A stretch of 64,000 nucleotides of DNA from Verrucomicrobiota bacterium (GTDB lineage: Bacteria > Verrucomicrobiota > Verrucomicrobiia > Opitutales > Seribacteraceae): the NCBI GenBank assembly GCA_027622665.1, contig JAQBYT010000002.1, forward strand, positions 192,001 through 256,000, given 5' to 3'. Positions 40,313 to 50,442 of this stretch are shown one piece after another (positions within the stretch are counted from its first letter, which is position 1; the number at the start of each line of letters is the position of its first letter). Under the pieces are notes generated by a model that ran no database searches, was not told the origin of the DNA, and was given only the letters and a program-made list of their open reading frames with translations. Both the position numbers and the translations under genes were made by a program.

Positions 40313-42672
40313 GGTTTTCTCAACAGTTCACTCTGCGCCACAGCATGGATCAATGAACGGAATCCGTAACCCTGATTACGCGAATTATTTACAATCACTT
40401 CGACCCTTATCCGATCCGCGAAGCCAATCTTGCGACCGGTAGCGTAGGTCAACAACTTCACCGTGAGGTTGCGTGCAAGTTGGTCCGGATCGTGGGCGAG
40501 AAGTTTCTTGAAATCACGGATATCTGTGAACTGCTCACCGTTGGACATTCTGCCTGTCGCATCTACCGGCAAGCCAATACGAAAACGAACCCATTTCCAG
40601 GTAAACGGAGCCTGATATATTCCCGGTCGCTCGCCGCTTTCTGCCATGGTTCGGTAACGTGCGCGGAATCCTCCAATGGGATCGAAGCACTCCAGCGCAA
40701 AGCCAGGCGGGTCTATCTTGCGATGACAGGCTGAGCAGGATTTCGCCTCTCGATGTTTGGCGAGCTCCTGGCGCAATGTTGTCGCGCCGCGAGTATCAGG
40801 CTCCACCGAGCCAACGTTGTCGGGTGGCGGAGAAGTTGGTGTGCCAAGGATGTTTTCCAACACCCAGACCCCACGCAGGACCGGGGATGTGTAGGTCCCA
40901 TTGGCGGTGACCTTGAGGATACTCGCCTGCGTTAACAGCCCACCGCGCATGCTGTCTGGCGGCAGCTTTACTCTGCGGAATTTCTGTCCGACTACCCCTT
41001 CGATGCCATAGTGACTGGCAAGCCTGCCATTGAGGTAGGTAAAACCAGATTCAATAAAATTCAGCAACGATAGATCCTTGTCGAGGATCTCCTGGAAGAA
41101 TAATTCCGTTTCGCTGACCATTGAAAGTCGAAGTAACTCGTCAAACTCAGGATACAGATTGGCGTCAGGTTCTGTAAAATTGATGTGGCGCAAATCCAAC
41201 CACTGACCCGTGAAATTCTTCGTAAACGCTTTTGCTTTGGGATCGCCTAACATTCGCTCAATCTGAATCTTGATGACGCTGGGGTCTGATAATGCCCCCG
41301 TTCCTGCCAGTTTAAGCAGTTCACGATCAGGTGTCGAACTCCACAGAAAGTACGCAAGTCTGGAAGCAAACGCATACGCCCCAATCTTCTCGCCTCCCGG
41401 CTCATCAAGAAACAAGAACTCCGGTGAGCAGAGGATGGCCTTCAGACTCACTCGCAAGGCTTCTTTAAACTGATTTCCCGCAGTAATCGATTCTTGAAAG
41501 ATCTTCAAGTATGGTGCGACCTCCTCCGAAGTAACCAGTCGACGAAATGCGTCCGGCAGAATTCTGACGATGACCTCCTTAGCCTCTTTGACGGTGGCAG
41601 TTTCGGGATCTACATCACCGAAAAGATAGGCGCGACTAGGGGGGGGCCACGCATCGATTGGACCTTCAATGACGATATCACCGATCTCGATTCCAGGCTC
41701 TGGATAGGTGTCGGCATCTTTCCGGGTGTCTTTAGTGTTGTAGCATTTCGGCTGAAAGGTTCCACCATCCTGCACTAACTGATCAACAAACTCGATGGTC
41801 GTCCACTTGTCGGGTGGCACATCGTAGTATCCTACCAGGTGCCGCTCTCGCCGATTTACGATTGTATCACCAGCGTAGATGCGCAACGTGACCGGTTTGT
41901 CACTTTGGACAGCCCTGACACGCATGGTTCCTCGGTAGGTCCCTGCAGGCGCCTGCAAGCGGGCAAAATTCACCAGATTAGTCGGACAGTACCCCGATTG
42001 AAAAATCACCAACCCGTCATCGGTTACCCGGAACATCTTGCCAAACTGGCCGTCGGTCGGTCTGCCTTTCCAATCCACTTGCTTGAGTAGATTCGTTTCG
42101 TGGCGGATGAATTTGGGTTTGGTAGGTTCGCCAAATACGGCGTCCAATACAGAGTCTGCCGCATCAAGATATGCCTGCATGGCCTCTGCGGAAACCGCTA
42201 GCCCTTCACCGACAGTGTCAAATCCATCTGTGGATGTATCCTCAGGTAGTCCAGTTATCTGAACATCGGTCTGAAACAAATCACGCACCGTGTTCTCATA
42301 TTCCCGCCTGTTGAGACGGCGTAAAACCACTCCTGCCCGTTGGTTCTCTGCATCGCAGATGGATTCAGCCAGCAGGCGCTGAATTTTCTGAGAACTGGTC
42401 GCATCCGGTCGGGGTTTCTTTGCAGGCGGCATCTCACCCGAGGCGATACGGTCATGAACGAGAATCCAGCGCCGAGTATTTTCTTCATCACTCAAATCGA
42501 AATCGAGTTCGTAAAGGTCTATCCCCCCGTCGGCATCAGGGCCGTCATGGCAATCCGAACAGTGCTTCTTCACAAACTTTTCAATTTGGTTCGGCAATGG
42601 AGTCTGCGCCTGCACAGTCGAGGGCATCCACATACCCAGAACGATTGCGATTGCCGCGTTACAATAGACCAT
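40309..42672 (-). CDS. Di-heme cytochrome c / DUF1587 / DUF1595 / DUF1592 / DUF1588 / DUF1585 protein (subtype B, cassette 4)
   Basis: CSDCH + GEMPP; RRLNRREYENTVRDL..GFDT; ASRLAYFLWSSTPD; RGGLLTQ, TSPVLRG, CSACH; 4-bp overlap with DUF1552. Start is ATG 42672 or GTG 42702. Confidence 0.92.
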   Translation of the reverse strand: MVYCNAAIAIVLGMWMPSTVQAQTPLPNQIEKFVKKHCSDCHDGPDADGGIDLYELDFDLSDEENTRRWILVHDRIASGEMPPAKKPRPDATSSQKIQRLLAESICDAENQRAGVVLRRLNRREYENTVRDLFQTDVQITGLPEDTSTDGFDTVGEGLAVSAEAMQAYLDAADSVLDAVFGEPTKPKFIRHETNLLKQVDWKGRPTDGQFGKMFRVTDDGLVIFQSGYCPTNLVNFARLQAPAGTYRGTMRVRAVQSDKPVTLRIYAGDTIVNRRERHLVGYYDVPPDKWTTIEFVDQLVQDGGTFQPKCYNTKDTRKDADTYPEPGIEIGDIVIEGPIDAWPPPSRAYLFGDVDPETATVKEAKEVIVRILPDAFRRLVTSEEVAPYLKIFQESITAGNQFKEALRVSLKAILCSPEFLFLDEPGGEKIGAYAFASRLAYFLWSSTPDRELLKLAGTGALSDPSVIKIQIERMLGDPKAKAFTKNFTGQWLDLRHINFTEPDANLYPEFDELLRLSMVSETELFFQEILDKDLSLLNFIESGFTYLNGRLASHYGIEGVVGQKFRRVKLPPDSMRGGLLTQASILKVTANGTYTSPVLRGVWVLENILGTPTSPPPDNVGSVEPDTRGATTLRQELAKHREAKSCSACHRKIDPPGFALECFDPIGGFRARYRTMAESGERPGIYQAPFTWKWVRFRIGLPVDATGRMSNGEQFTDIRDFKKLLAHDPDQLARNLTVKLLTYATGRKIGFADRIRVEVIVNNSRNQGYGFRSLIHAVAQSELLRKP

Positions 42673-42957
42673 GAGTGATTCTTGACTGGTTCCACACACC
42701 ACGTCAATGCCTCTAGAATGAGGTCCTACCCGGATTTCAGGGGATTCGTAGGCTAGGATCGCATCCGCGGGGATCGCGACCCTTTAATAGGGTATGGAAC
42801 AGCCATGGGACGTCTCTGATGTGAAGCTGGATGTGTCGGCGGCGGGGAGGGGGAGGTGTTTCTCGAGCAAGACGCCGGCCGCGCGTGGTGCGGCAAATCG
42901 ATGCGCCGTGGGTCTATCCCGGCGGGAGTTTTACTCAGGCTACTTGATTTCCTCAAG

Positions 42958-43161
42958 GGCCTCGACAACTTCGGCGAAGCATGGAGCATTGCGTCCGTGT
43001 ATCTCCAGCGTTACTTGGAAGCGGCTCAGTTGGTGTTCGACAACTCGATCGCCTTGTTTGAAAAGCCCGGGCATTACATCGTGTTCGTCAGTCGAACGAA
43101 TGAAAAAGGCCATACGACAACTGTGCGGCTATACGCGAGGATTGTATGGAAGCTCGTATGA
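42958..43161 (+). pseudogene. Degenerate DUF1587 fragment of a lost DUF1592-type gene
   Basis: GLDNFGEAWSIASVYLQRYLEAAQLVFDNSI aligns by eye with GFDTVGEGLAVSAEAMQAYLDAADSVLDAV of the cassette-4 protein. Confidence 0.55.
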
Positions 43162-43330
43162 ATCTGAAATCAACATCGCTGCTCGCCATGGTGAAGTGAT
43201 TGTTAAGACGCCTTGTGTGGATTAAATGTACATGACGCAAAAACGCGTTAAAAAAACGCATTAGCGAGGCAGTAAGTGGTCGTAACCCTTAAGGGTCCGT
43301 CTATTGTATTACGTAATGAAGATTCACTGC

Positions 43331-44605
43331 ATGAAGGTTCGACTTAGGTTTATTTCCGGTTTCTTCCTTTTCAATTTGATGTGGTGGCAGGGGCTCATGG
43401 CGGCCGATGCCGTCACGCCATCGCGTCCCAACGTCGTGCTGATCATCAGCGACGATCACGCCTGGACCGATTACAGCTTTGCAGGGCACCCCCACGCCAA
43501 AACCCCCAATATCGACCGGCTCGCCGCCGAAGGGCTGACCTATTCGCGCGGTTACGTCACCACCGCGATCTGCAGTCCATCGCTGGCGACGATGCTCACC
43601 GGGTTGCACCCACATCAGCACGGTATCACCGGCAACGATCCAGTCCGTGGGCAGCCGCGTACGTCCTGGCTCGACCCGTTTTTCAAAAAGCCGCTACTGC
43701 CCAAACTGCTCGCCGACGCAGGGTATCTGACCTTGCACACGGGGAAATTTTGGATGGGCGAGCCGGCCCGCGTTGGATTTACCGACGACATGGGCTCTAC
43801 CGGGCGACATGGCGGAAAGGCCCTTTCCATCGGCCGCAAATCGATGGAGCCGATCTACGACTTCATCGACAAGACCAAAGAACAGAAGAAACCGTTCTTC
43901 GTTTGGTACGCCCCGTTCCTGCCGCACACGCCCCACAATCCACCGGCGAGGCTGCTGGACAAGTATGCAGGAGTTAAGAGCGCCAAGTATCTCGCGATGA
44001 TCGAGTGGCTCGACGAGTCCTGCGGCGAGCTGATGGGGCAGCTGGAGGAAAAGGGCGTCGCCGACAACACGCTGGTGATCTACCTGGCCGACAACGGCTG
44101 GAACCAATACGGCAAGGCGCATCCGTACGAAAACGGTGTGCGCACCCCGGTCATCGCCCATTGGCCCGGCAAGATCCGACCGCGCAACGACGAGCGCCGT
44201 CTCGTCACGAATCTCGATGTGGTGCCGACGATTCTCACCGCTTGCGGCGTCACGCCCCCGCCGTCATTGCCCGGCATCGACTTGCTCGACGACAAGGCGG
44301 TGACGGATCGCGATACGCTGTTCTTGTCGAACTTCGCCCACGACATGGTGTCGGCGACGGAACCGGAAAAGAGCCTCTGGACGCGTTCCTGCGTTCATGG
44401 CAAGTGGAAGCTGATCACCTGGATTGAAAACCCGCCCAAAGTGCGTCCCTATGGCGGAGGTCATCGCCACAAGAATCCCGGCGCGGATTTGGAACTATTC
44501 GACCTCCTCGCCGACCCGCATGAAACGAAGAACCTGGCGAAACAGCACCCCGAAGTGGTCAAAGATCTGCTCGCGCGGATTGACGAATGGTGGAAGGTGG
44601 ACTGA
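43331..44605 (+). CDS. Family S1 sulfatase with non-canonical CSPSL signature
   Basis: PNVVLIISDD, TPNIDRLA.EG, ICSPSLATMLTG, GY.TLHTGKFW, PH.PH, ADNG, ELFDL.ADP.E..NLA. Exact start uncertain (43304/43316/43331). Confidence 0.88.
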   Translation: MKVRLRFISGFFLFNLMWWQGLMAADAVTPSRPNVVLIISDDHAWTDYSFAGHPHAKTPNIDRLAAEGLTYSRGYVTTAICSPSLATMLTGLHPHQHGITGNDPVRGQPRTSWLDPFFKKPLLPKLLADAGYLTLHTGKFWMGEPARVGFTDDMGSTGRHGGKALSIGRKSMEPIYDFIDKTKEQKKPFFVWYAPFLPHTPHNPPARLLDKYAGVKSAKYLAMIEWLDESCGELMGQLEEKGVADNTLVIYLADNGWNQYGKAHPYENGVRTPVIAHWPGKIRPRNDERRLVTNLDVVPTILTACGVTPPPSLPGIDLLDDKAVTDRDTLFLSNFAHDMVSATEPEKSLWTRSCVHGKWKLITWIENPPKVRPYGGGHRHKNPGADLELFDLLADPHETKNLAKQHPEVVKDLLARIDEWWKVD

Positions 44606-44677
44606 GATCATCCCGTGATCCGGGATTGCTGAAGTGATACTCGACACGAAACCACAACGTCACAAAGAGATTTAGTT

Positions 44678-47227
44678 ATGCGACACAAACAATCCATATT
44701 CACGCTGGCGGCATTGATGTGCACCGTCTTGTGCGCCGGCGCGGCAGAGACCTTGATCAAGGATGACCCTTCCTTCAAAAAGGACGTCGTTCCTTTTTTC
44801 GAGGAGTATTGCATCAGGTGTCATGGCCCTGAAAAAAGCAAGGGCAAGATCTCGCTGCACACACTCGACGGAGATTTGTCGTCGGGACGCGAGCCGGAGC
44901 GTTGGGAGGACGTACTCGAAATGCTCGAAAGTGGTGAAATGCCGCCCGAAGACGAAGCTCAACCGAATCAGACCGAACGCATGGCAATCGCCGACTGGAT
45001 TAATCGCGGACTGCGTGATTACGTAAAAAAGGCCAGCAAGGCCGCAGTCGCCACGACGACCCGCCGGCTGACGAACTTCGAGTATCAAAATACGATGCGA
45101 GACTTGTTGGGTTTTGAGCTCGAGCTGACCAAGGACCTGCCGGTCGATCCGGACAAACCGTATCATTTCAACAATACCGCGAAAATGATGATGATCGGAC
45201 CGGATCAGCTCGTTCGCTACAAGGAAGTTGCGCGCAAGGCAATGGGGAGCGCGATCGTCGACCCGGGAAAGCCGGAAATTCACCGGGTCAGCTCGAAGTG
45301 GGAACATGGGAAACCCGGCAAAGGGGGGTTGTCTCAAGCTGAGATAGGCGTCTACCAGGGACCCGGGGTCGGAAGAAAAACGATCGGAGTGAAAAGCTGG
45401 CCCAAGACCGGAGAGTTCAGGATTCGTATCAAGGCATCGGGGAATTTCCCCCGGGGATTCGAGGAAGTCGCCCTAAGGTTGGTGATGGGGACCGATCTCC
45501 GCCATGATTCGGGATCGGGAGTCTATCATGAAGTGGGAATCGTTCATCTAACGAACTCTCCCGATCAACCTGAGGAGTTTGAATTTCGGGGGCGCATTGA
45601 AAACATCCCGGTTCAGCCGGCCAGGGCGACCAGAAACAAAATCATTCCACCCAGCATAACCATCACCGCTCAGAATGTTTTCGACAACGGGGAACTGAAC
45701 GATCACCGCAAGAGCGGGTTTGACGCATCCTGGAGCGCACGGGCCCCCCGCGTGGTCCTTGAGTCGCTCGATTTCGAGGCCCCCGTGGTCGAGGTCTGGC
45801 CTCCTGAACACCATACCCGCATCCTTTTTGAATCGCCTTTGCGCAATGAAAAGCCCGAGAAGTATGCTCGCGAGGTCATCAAGCGCTTCATGACGCGGGC
45901 GTTCCGACGTCCGGTTACCAAGGGCGAAGTTGATCACCATCACCGTATCTATAAGATCTACGATGCGGAGTTCGACACCCTTGAAGAGGCGATGCGCGAG
46001 ACCCTTGCGATGGTCCTGATATCGCCGCAGTTTCTTTATCATGCGGTGATTGATGACGTCGCAACCTCGAAGCAATATGAACTTGCCTCGCGTCTATCCT
46101 ATTTTCTCTGGGGAAGCATGCCGGATCAGGAGCTGTTTGATCTCGCTGCCTCAGGAAAGCTCAAAGACCGTGCAGTCATTGAGGCTCAGACGCGCCGGCT
46201 TTTGGCCGACAAGCGGGCCTTGGATTTTGTCGGAAACTTCACCACCCAGTGGCTGAGCATCGCCAAGATGAAAACGGTGAACGTCAATCGTGATCTTTTT
46301 CCGCGGTTTCTCTACACCGTGCACGTCGGTGAGAGGCGCGGACAGGAACAGTTGTTCCGTCCGACCATTCGCGACCATATGCTTGAGGAGACGGTGGGCT
46401 TCGTTGGCGAACTGATCCGTAAAAACGTGAGTATCATGAATGTCGTCGATTCAGATTTTGCTTACCTCAACGAACCGCTCGCAGTCCATTATGGGGTCGA
46501 AGGCGTTCGCGGATTGAAGCTTCGTGCCGTCCCGATCAAACCAGAACATCGTCTTGGAGGACTTCTGACGCAGGGGTCCGTGCTGGTAGGGAATTCCACG
46601 GGTTCGGCTCCACATCCGATTTATCGCGCGGTCTGGTTGCGTGAGGCGATTCTGGGCGACGAGGTCAAGCCACCACCGGCCGAAGTCCCGGCCTTATCCG
46701 ATTCCACCGGAGATTCCGCCGATGAAGCGGTCTCGATCAAGAACCTTCTGGCACTCCATCGAAACAAGGAGAGTTGTCGTGATTGCCACGTCCGTCTCGA
46801 CCCATGGGGGATATCGTTCGAGCGTTACAGCGCGATTGGTCAATACCAACCCTTGATTCCCAAAGACAAGGTGCGGGTGCGTGGTTTCAACCACAAGCAA
46901 GACCAGAACTTTGCCGGCTATCAGTCCTACCTGAAGTCGATTTATACCGAGAAAGTGGACGCCTCCTCGCGGGTGCCTCACGGACCTGCCGTGGACGGCA
47001 TGCAGAAGCTCAAGAAGTATTTGCTCAAGGACCGAAAGGATGAAATCGTCGAAAACGTCATACGCAGACTGATGACGTACGGAATCGGCAGGGAGCTAAC
47101 CTATCGCGACCGGTTTGAGGTTAAGAAATTGCTCGAGCAAGCGGAGCAAGAAGGATACAAGTTTCAAGAGGTGATCGTATCCATTTGCCTGAGCCCCGTG
47201 TTCAAGGAAACTGCAATCAACGAATAA
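44678..47227 (+). CDS. Di-heme cytochrome c / DUF1587 / DUF1595 / DUF1592 / DUF1588 / DUF1585 protein (subtype B, cassette 5)
   Basis: CIRCH + GEMPP; RRLTNFEYQNTMRDLLG; AFRRP; LASRLSYFLWGSMPD; LGGLLTQ, HPIYRAVW, CRDCH; MTYGIGR. Confidence 0.92.
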   Translation: MRHKQSIFTLAALMCTVLCAGAAETLIKDDPSFKKDVVPFFEEYCIRCHGPEKSKGKISLHTLDGDLSSGREPERWEDVLEMLESGEMPPEDEAQPNQTERMAIADWINRGLRDYVKKASKAAVATTTRRLTNFEYQNTMRDLLGFELELTKDLPVDPDKPYHFNNTAKMMMIGPDQLVRYKEVARKAMGSAIVDPGKPEIHRVSSKWEHGKPGKGGLSQAEIGVYQGPGVGRKTIGVKSWPKTGEFRIRIKASGNFPRGFEEVALRLVMGTDLRHDSGSGVYHEVGIVHLTNSPDQPEEFEFRGRIENIPVQPARATRNKIIPPSITITAQNVFDNGELNDHRKSGFDASWSARAPRVVLESLDFEAPVVEVWPPEHHTRILFESPLRNEKPEKYAREVIKRFMTRAFRRPVTKGEVDHHHRIYKIYDAEFDTLEEAMRETLAMVLISPQFLYHAVIDDVATSKQYELASRLSYFLWGSMPDQELFDLAASGKLKDRAVIEAQTRRLLADKRALDFVGNFTTQWLSIAKMKTVNVNRDLFPRFLYTVHVGERRGQEQLFRPTIRDHMLEETVGFVGELIRKNVSIMNVVDSDFAYLNEPLAVHYGVEGVRGLKLRAVPIKPEHRLGGLLTQGSVLVGNSTGSAPHPIYRAVWLREAILGDEVKPPPAEVPALSDSTGDSADEAVSIKNLLALHRNKESCRDCHVRLDPWGISFERYSAIGQYQPLIPKDKVRVRGFNHKQDQNFAGYQSYLKSIYTEKVDASSRVPHGPAVDGMQKLKKYLLKDRKDEIVENVIRRLMTYGIGRELTYRDRFEVKKLLEQAEQEGYKFQEVIVSICLSPVFKETAINE

Positions 47228-47234
47228 CAATCCC

Positions 47235-48572
47235 ATGAAACAAAAATCCTGGAATATCAATCGACGAGAGTTCGTACGAGGTGGTGGCGTTGCTCTGGCC
47301 TTGCCATTTCTTCAAGGCATGTCTTGGGGCAAGGCTACGGGGAAGGTTCTGCCGAAAAGGATGGTGGTAAGCTACGTTGCCTACGGAGTCTATGAACCGA
47401 AAACCAAGGACGGCTCTCATCATGATTGGAACTGGTGGCCGTGCAAGGACGCCGGTCCTCTCACCTTCAATCAATCGGCCGCGCCCTTCGCCCCGCTGAA
47501 AGATTCCGTGAGTTACCTTCGTGGTCTCGAACACGCAGGTGGGGTTGGCATGGGCGGCCACAGCAGTGGCGACGTCTTCGCTACCGGTGCCGACATGTCG
47601 GGTATGGAAAAAACAAACAACGTATCCGTCGATCAAGTTGCCGCGAAGGTTAATGGACATCATACCCGTTATCCTTCGCTCGTGTTGGGCACGGAAGGTG
47701 GCACGGGTTCGTATGGGAGCGCCAAGACCCTCTCGCATTACGGTCCCGGTCGCCCGATCCCGTCGATGCACCGGCCCCAGGAGATTTTCAACCGCCTGTT
47801 CAAGCCCTACGCAGGGAAAGGGATCGAGCAAGTTCGCGCCGATCTCAAACGAGAGGCGAGTGTGCTCGATCTGATGCTTGACGACTCAAAGAGGCTTCAT
47901 CGTAGACTTGGAAAAGAAGATCAAGCCAAGGTGGACGAGTATCTCGACTCCATACGCGCCTTGGAAAAGCGTGTCGAACGGACCAGTCAGTGGACGCACC
48001 AGCCCTTGCCGAACGTCGATACCAAGGGGCTGAACCTTGAGGTTTCCCACAAAGACCCCGAGCAATATACCCGATGCATGTATGACTTGCTTTATCTCGC
48101 GTTCCAAACGGATTTCACCCGTTTCGCCACCCTCATGCTTGAAAGCGAGCATTCCAGTGGCAGCGAGTTGTGGAACTACGCCAACTACGTGCTCGGATAC
48201 AAAGGGGCCACCCACGATATCGCCCACAAGCGACCGACCGAATCAGGGCAGTGGGATAACTGGCGGGCCAAGCAGCATGCCTACTTCCTGAAGCGCTTGC
48301 GAAATACTCCCGAAGGCGACAGCAACATGCTGGACCAGACGGTGGTCGTCTGGGGGTCGGCTCATCCGCACGCCTCGCACAATACCAGGAACTACCCGAT
48401 TCAGGTGGCGGGTGGGAAAGCGCTTGGATTCAGGCACGGGAACCTGCACTCGTTCGAGGGAGAGAAAAAGGTGCCGTTGGCAAACCTCTTCGTTTCGATG
48501 CTTCATGCAGTGAACGCGCCGGTAAAGTCTTTTGCCGACAGCACCGGAATGATGACCGAGTTGATGGCCTAG
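47235..48572 (+). CDS. DUF1552 Tat-exported protein (subtype B, cassette 5)
   Basis: NRREFVRGGGVALALP; GGH; SVDQVAA; YLDSIR.LE; THDIAH; NMLDQT. Confidence 0.9.
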   Translation: MKQKSWNINRREFVRGGGVALALPFLQGMSWGKATGKVLPKRMVVSYVAYGVYEPKTKDGSHHDWNWWPCKDAGPLTFNQSAAPFAPLKDSVSYLRGLEHAGGVGMGGHSSGDVFATGADMSGMEKTNNVSVDQVAAKVNGHHTRYPSLVLGTEGGTGSYGSAKTLSHYGPGRPIPSMHRPQEIFNRLFKPYAGKGIEQVRADLKREASVLDLMLDDSKRLHRRLGKEDQAKVDEYLDSIRALEKRVERTSQWTHQPLPNVDTKGLNLEVSHKDPEQYTRCMYDLLYLAFQTDFTRFATLMLESEHSSGSELWNYANYVLGYKGATHDIAHKRPTESGQWDNWRAKQHAYFLKRLRNTPEGDSNMLDQTVVVWGSAHPHASHNTRNYPIQVAGGKALGFRHGNLHSFEGEKKVPLANLFVSMLHAVNAPVKSFADSTGMMTELMA

Positions 48573-48654
48573 GTATGATCGTTCTTCGCGCCAACACTAC
48601 ACTTTCGCATGGGCCTGTTTTCGGCGAAACTCCTTTGACTAATTACCGTATCAC

Positions 48655-50439
48655 ATGATGAAAAATCCTCACTGTTTTCTTTTCGCCTTCTTGTTCTTCA
48701 CTTTGATGCTCGGGCAGAACCTTTTTGCCGTCGATGCCTTGAAGGCGCACGGCATTTTTCGGAGCAACATGGTCTTGCAGCGCGACAAGCCAATCACCAT
48801 CTGGGGGTGGGCTCCGGTTGGAACCGAGGTCGAGGTTTCGTTCGGCAAACGATCCGCCAAAGCCAAGGCAGCGGGAGAGAAGGGTAGGTGGCAAGTGACC
48901 TTCGATTCCCAACCCGCCAATTCCAAGGGACAGGAACTGGTGGTGAAGGCGGGCAAGGAAGTCATCCGAATGGAAAATATCCTGATCGGCGATCTTTGGG
49001 TGATGAATGGTCAAAGCAACATGGCCTTCGCTTTGAAAGCCGTTTACCAAAACACCTTTGAGTCGGCCCAGGCTCACCTGCCTTTGATGCGTCACGTCCG
49101 GATCAACTCTTATGCGGAATCCGAACACATCGAAATCGATCTGGAAGAGAAGGATCTGAACGGCAACGATCCGGACAAGAATTGGAAAGTGGTCACCCCC
49201 GAGGTCGCTTTGGATATGGGGGCGATCGGATACGTCTTCGGATCCCGGCTCCAGCGCGTATTGCAAATACCCATCGGCATTATTGACAACTCCCGCGGCG
49301 GCGCTTCCATGGAGAGCCTGGTTCCTCGTCATAAGTTCAAGGAGCACCCGATGGCGGCCGAATACCTTGCGTGGGTGGAGAAGCATCACGCCGAGTTCGA
49401 CTGGGATGCGGCGCTTAAGAAGCCGGTCGAGAAATGGGAGAAAACTGTAGCCGACCAGCGCAAGAAGGGCGTCGCCGAGGACAAACTGCCGCCCAAACCG
49501 ACCCGTGAGAACTTGCGTTCTTGGAATGTGCCCGGGCGCAGCCCCAGTGATGCGGCGTCCTGCTACAACGGCATGTTCGGCGTTTTCAAAGGCCTCAACA
49601 TCAAGGGAGTGGCCTTTCACCAGGGATTCAACAACGCCATGATGAACACCAGTTGCAAGCCCAAGTTCTACCGCATCCTGATGAAACTGATGGTGGATGG
49701 TTGGCGAGAGGATTTCAATGATCCGCAATTGCCCGTGGCCATCATCGGACTGTGCGCCGGGGGCAACGCTCAGACGCGCCTTAATTTCGAGGAGTTGGGT
49801 TTTTCCACCGCGGCATACATCCGAGAATCTCAACGATTGGGTCTGGCCGACGTCAAGGAGGTCGCGAACACGGCTTTCATTCCCTCCTATGACCAGAAAA
49901 TTCCCCAGTTGCATACCAAGAAAAAGAAGGAACTTGGAATTCGCTCCTCCCGTTGGGCATTGAAGACGATTTACGGGATGGAGGACATCGTCTGGGACAC
50001 GGCCAATCTTCTCTCGGCGACCCCAAAAGACGGCAAGATCCTGCTCACCTTCGACAAGCCCGTCTTGCCCGATGACTTCGGTTCCGAACTCGAAGGGTTT
50101 TCAATTGCCGACAAGTCGGGCGTTCACTACCTCGCCCATGCGGTACTTGTTCAGGTCAGGGACAAGAAAGAGCGAAACAAACAGATCCTGGTTTCCTCTC
50201 CCTTGGTCAAGGAGCCGGTTTCCGTCCGATATGCCTGGGCTCGGGCCCCCATGGGCAACCTTAAAGTGGATGGGATTCCCTGGCAGCCCTTGCACAGTTT
50301 TCGCACCGACGCCATCGACTTTACCCCAGAGGTGACTCATCAGGATCCGGATGGAAAGGCCAAGAACTCCGAGGCGATCAAGTCGCTTAAAGCCCAAGCG
50401 GCCGAGGCCCTGAAGGCTAGAAACGAACAAGATGGGTAA
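48655..50439 (+). CDS. Sialate O-acetylesterase-like protein (long SiaE type)
   Basis: IF.SNMVLQRDKPITIWGWA; GDLWVMNGQSNM; PIGII...GGASME; YNGM; VRYAW. Confidence 0.85.
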   Translation: MMKNPHCFLFAFLFFTLMLGQNLFAVDALKAHGIFRSNMVLQRDKPITIWGWAPVGTEVEVSFGKRSAKAKAAGEKGRWQVTFDSQPANSKGQELVVKAGKEVIRMENILIGDLWVMNGQSNMAFALKAVYQNTFESAQAHLPLMRHVRINSYAESEHIEIDLEEKDLNGNDPDKNWKVVTPEVALDMGAIGYVFGSRLQRVLQIPIGIIDNSRGGASMESLVPRHKFKEHPMAAEYLAWVEKHHAEFDWDAALKKPVEKWEKTVADQRKKGVAEDKLPPKPTRENLRSWNVPGRSPSDAASCYNGMFGVFKGLNIKGVAFHQGFNNAMMNTSCKPKFYRILMKLMVDGWREDFNDPQLPVAIIGLCAGGNAQTRLNFEELGFSTAAYIRESQRLGLADVKEVANTAFIPSYDQKIPQLHTKKKKELGIRSSRWALKTIYGMEDIVWDTANLLSATPKDGKILLTFDKPVLPDDFGSELEGFSIADKSGVHYLAHAVLVQVRDKKERNKQILVSSPLVKEPVSVRYAWARAPMGNLKVDGIPWQPLHSFRTDAIDFTPEVTHQDPDGKAKNSEAIKSLKAQAAEALKARNEQDG

Positions 50440-50442
50440 AGA

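Noticed and set aside
42794..43225. 143-aa ORF in the spacer
   Set aside because: No coding character; the overlapping frame with the DUF1587 remnant explains the region better.
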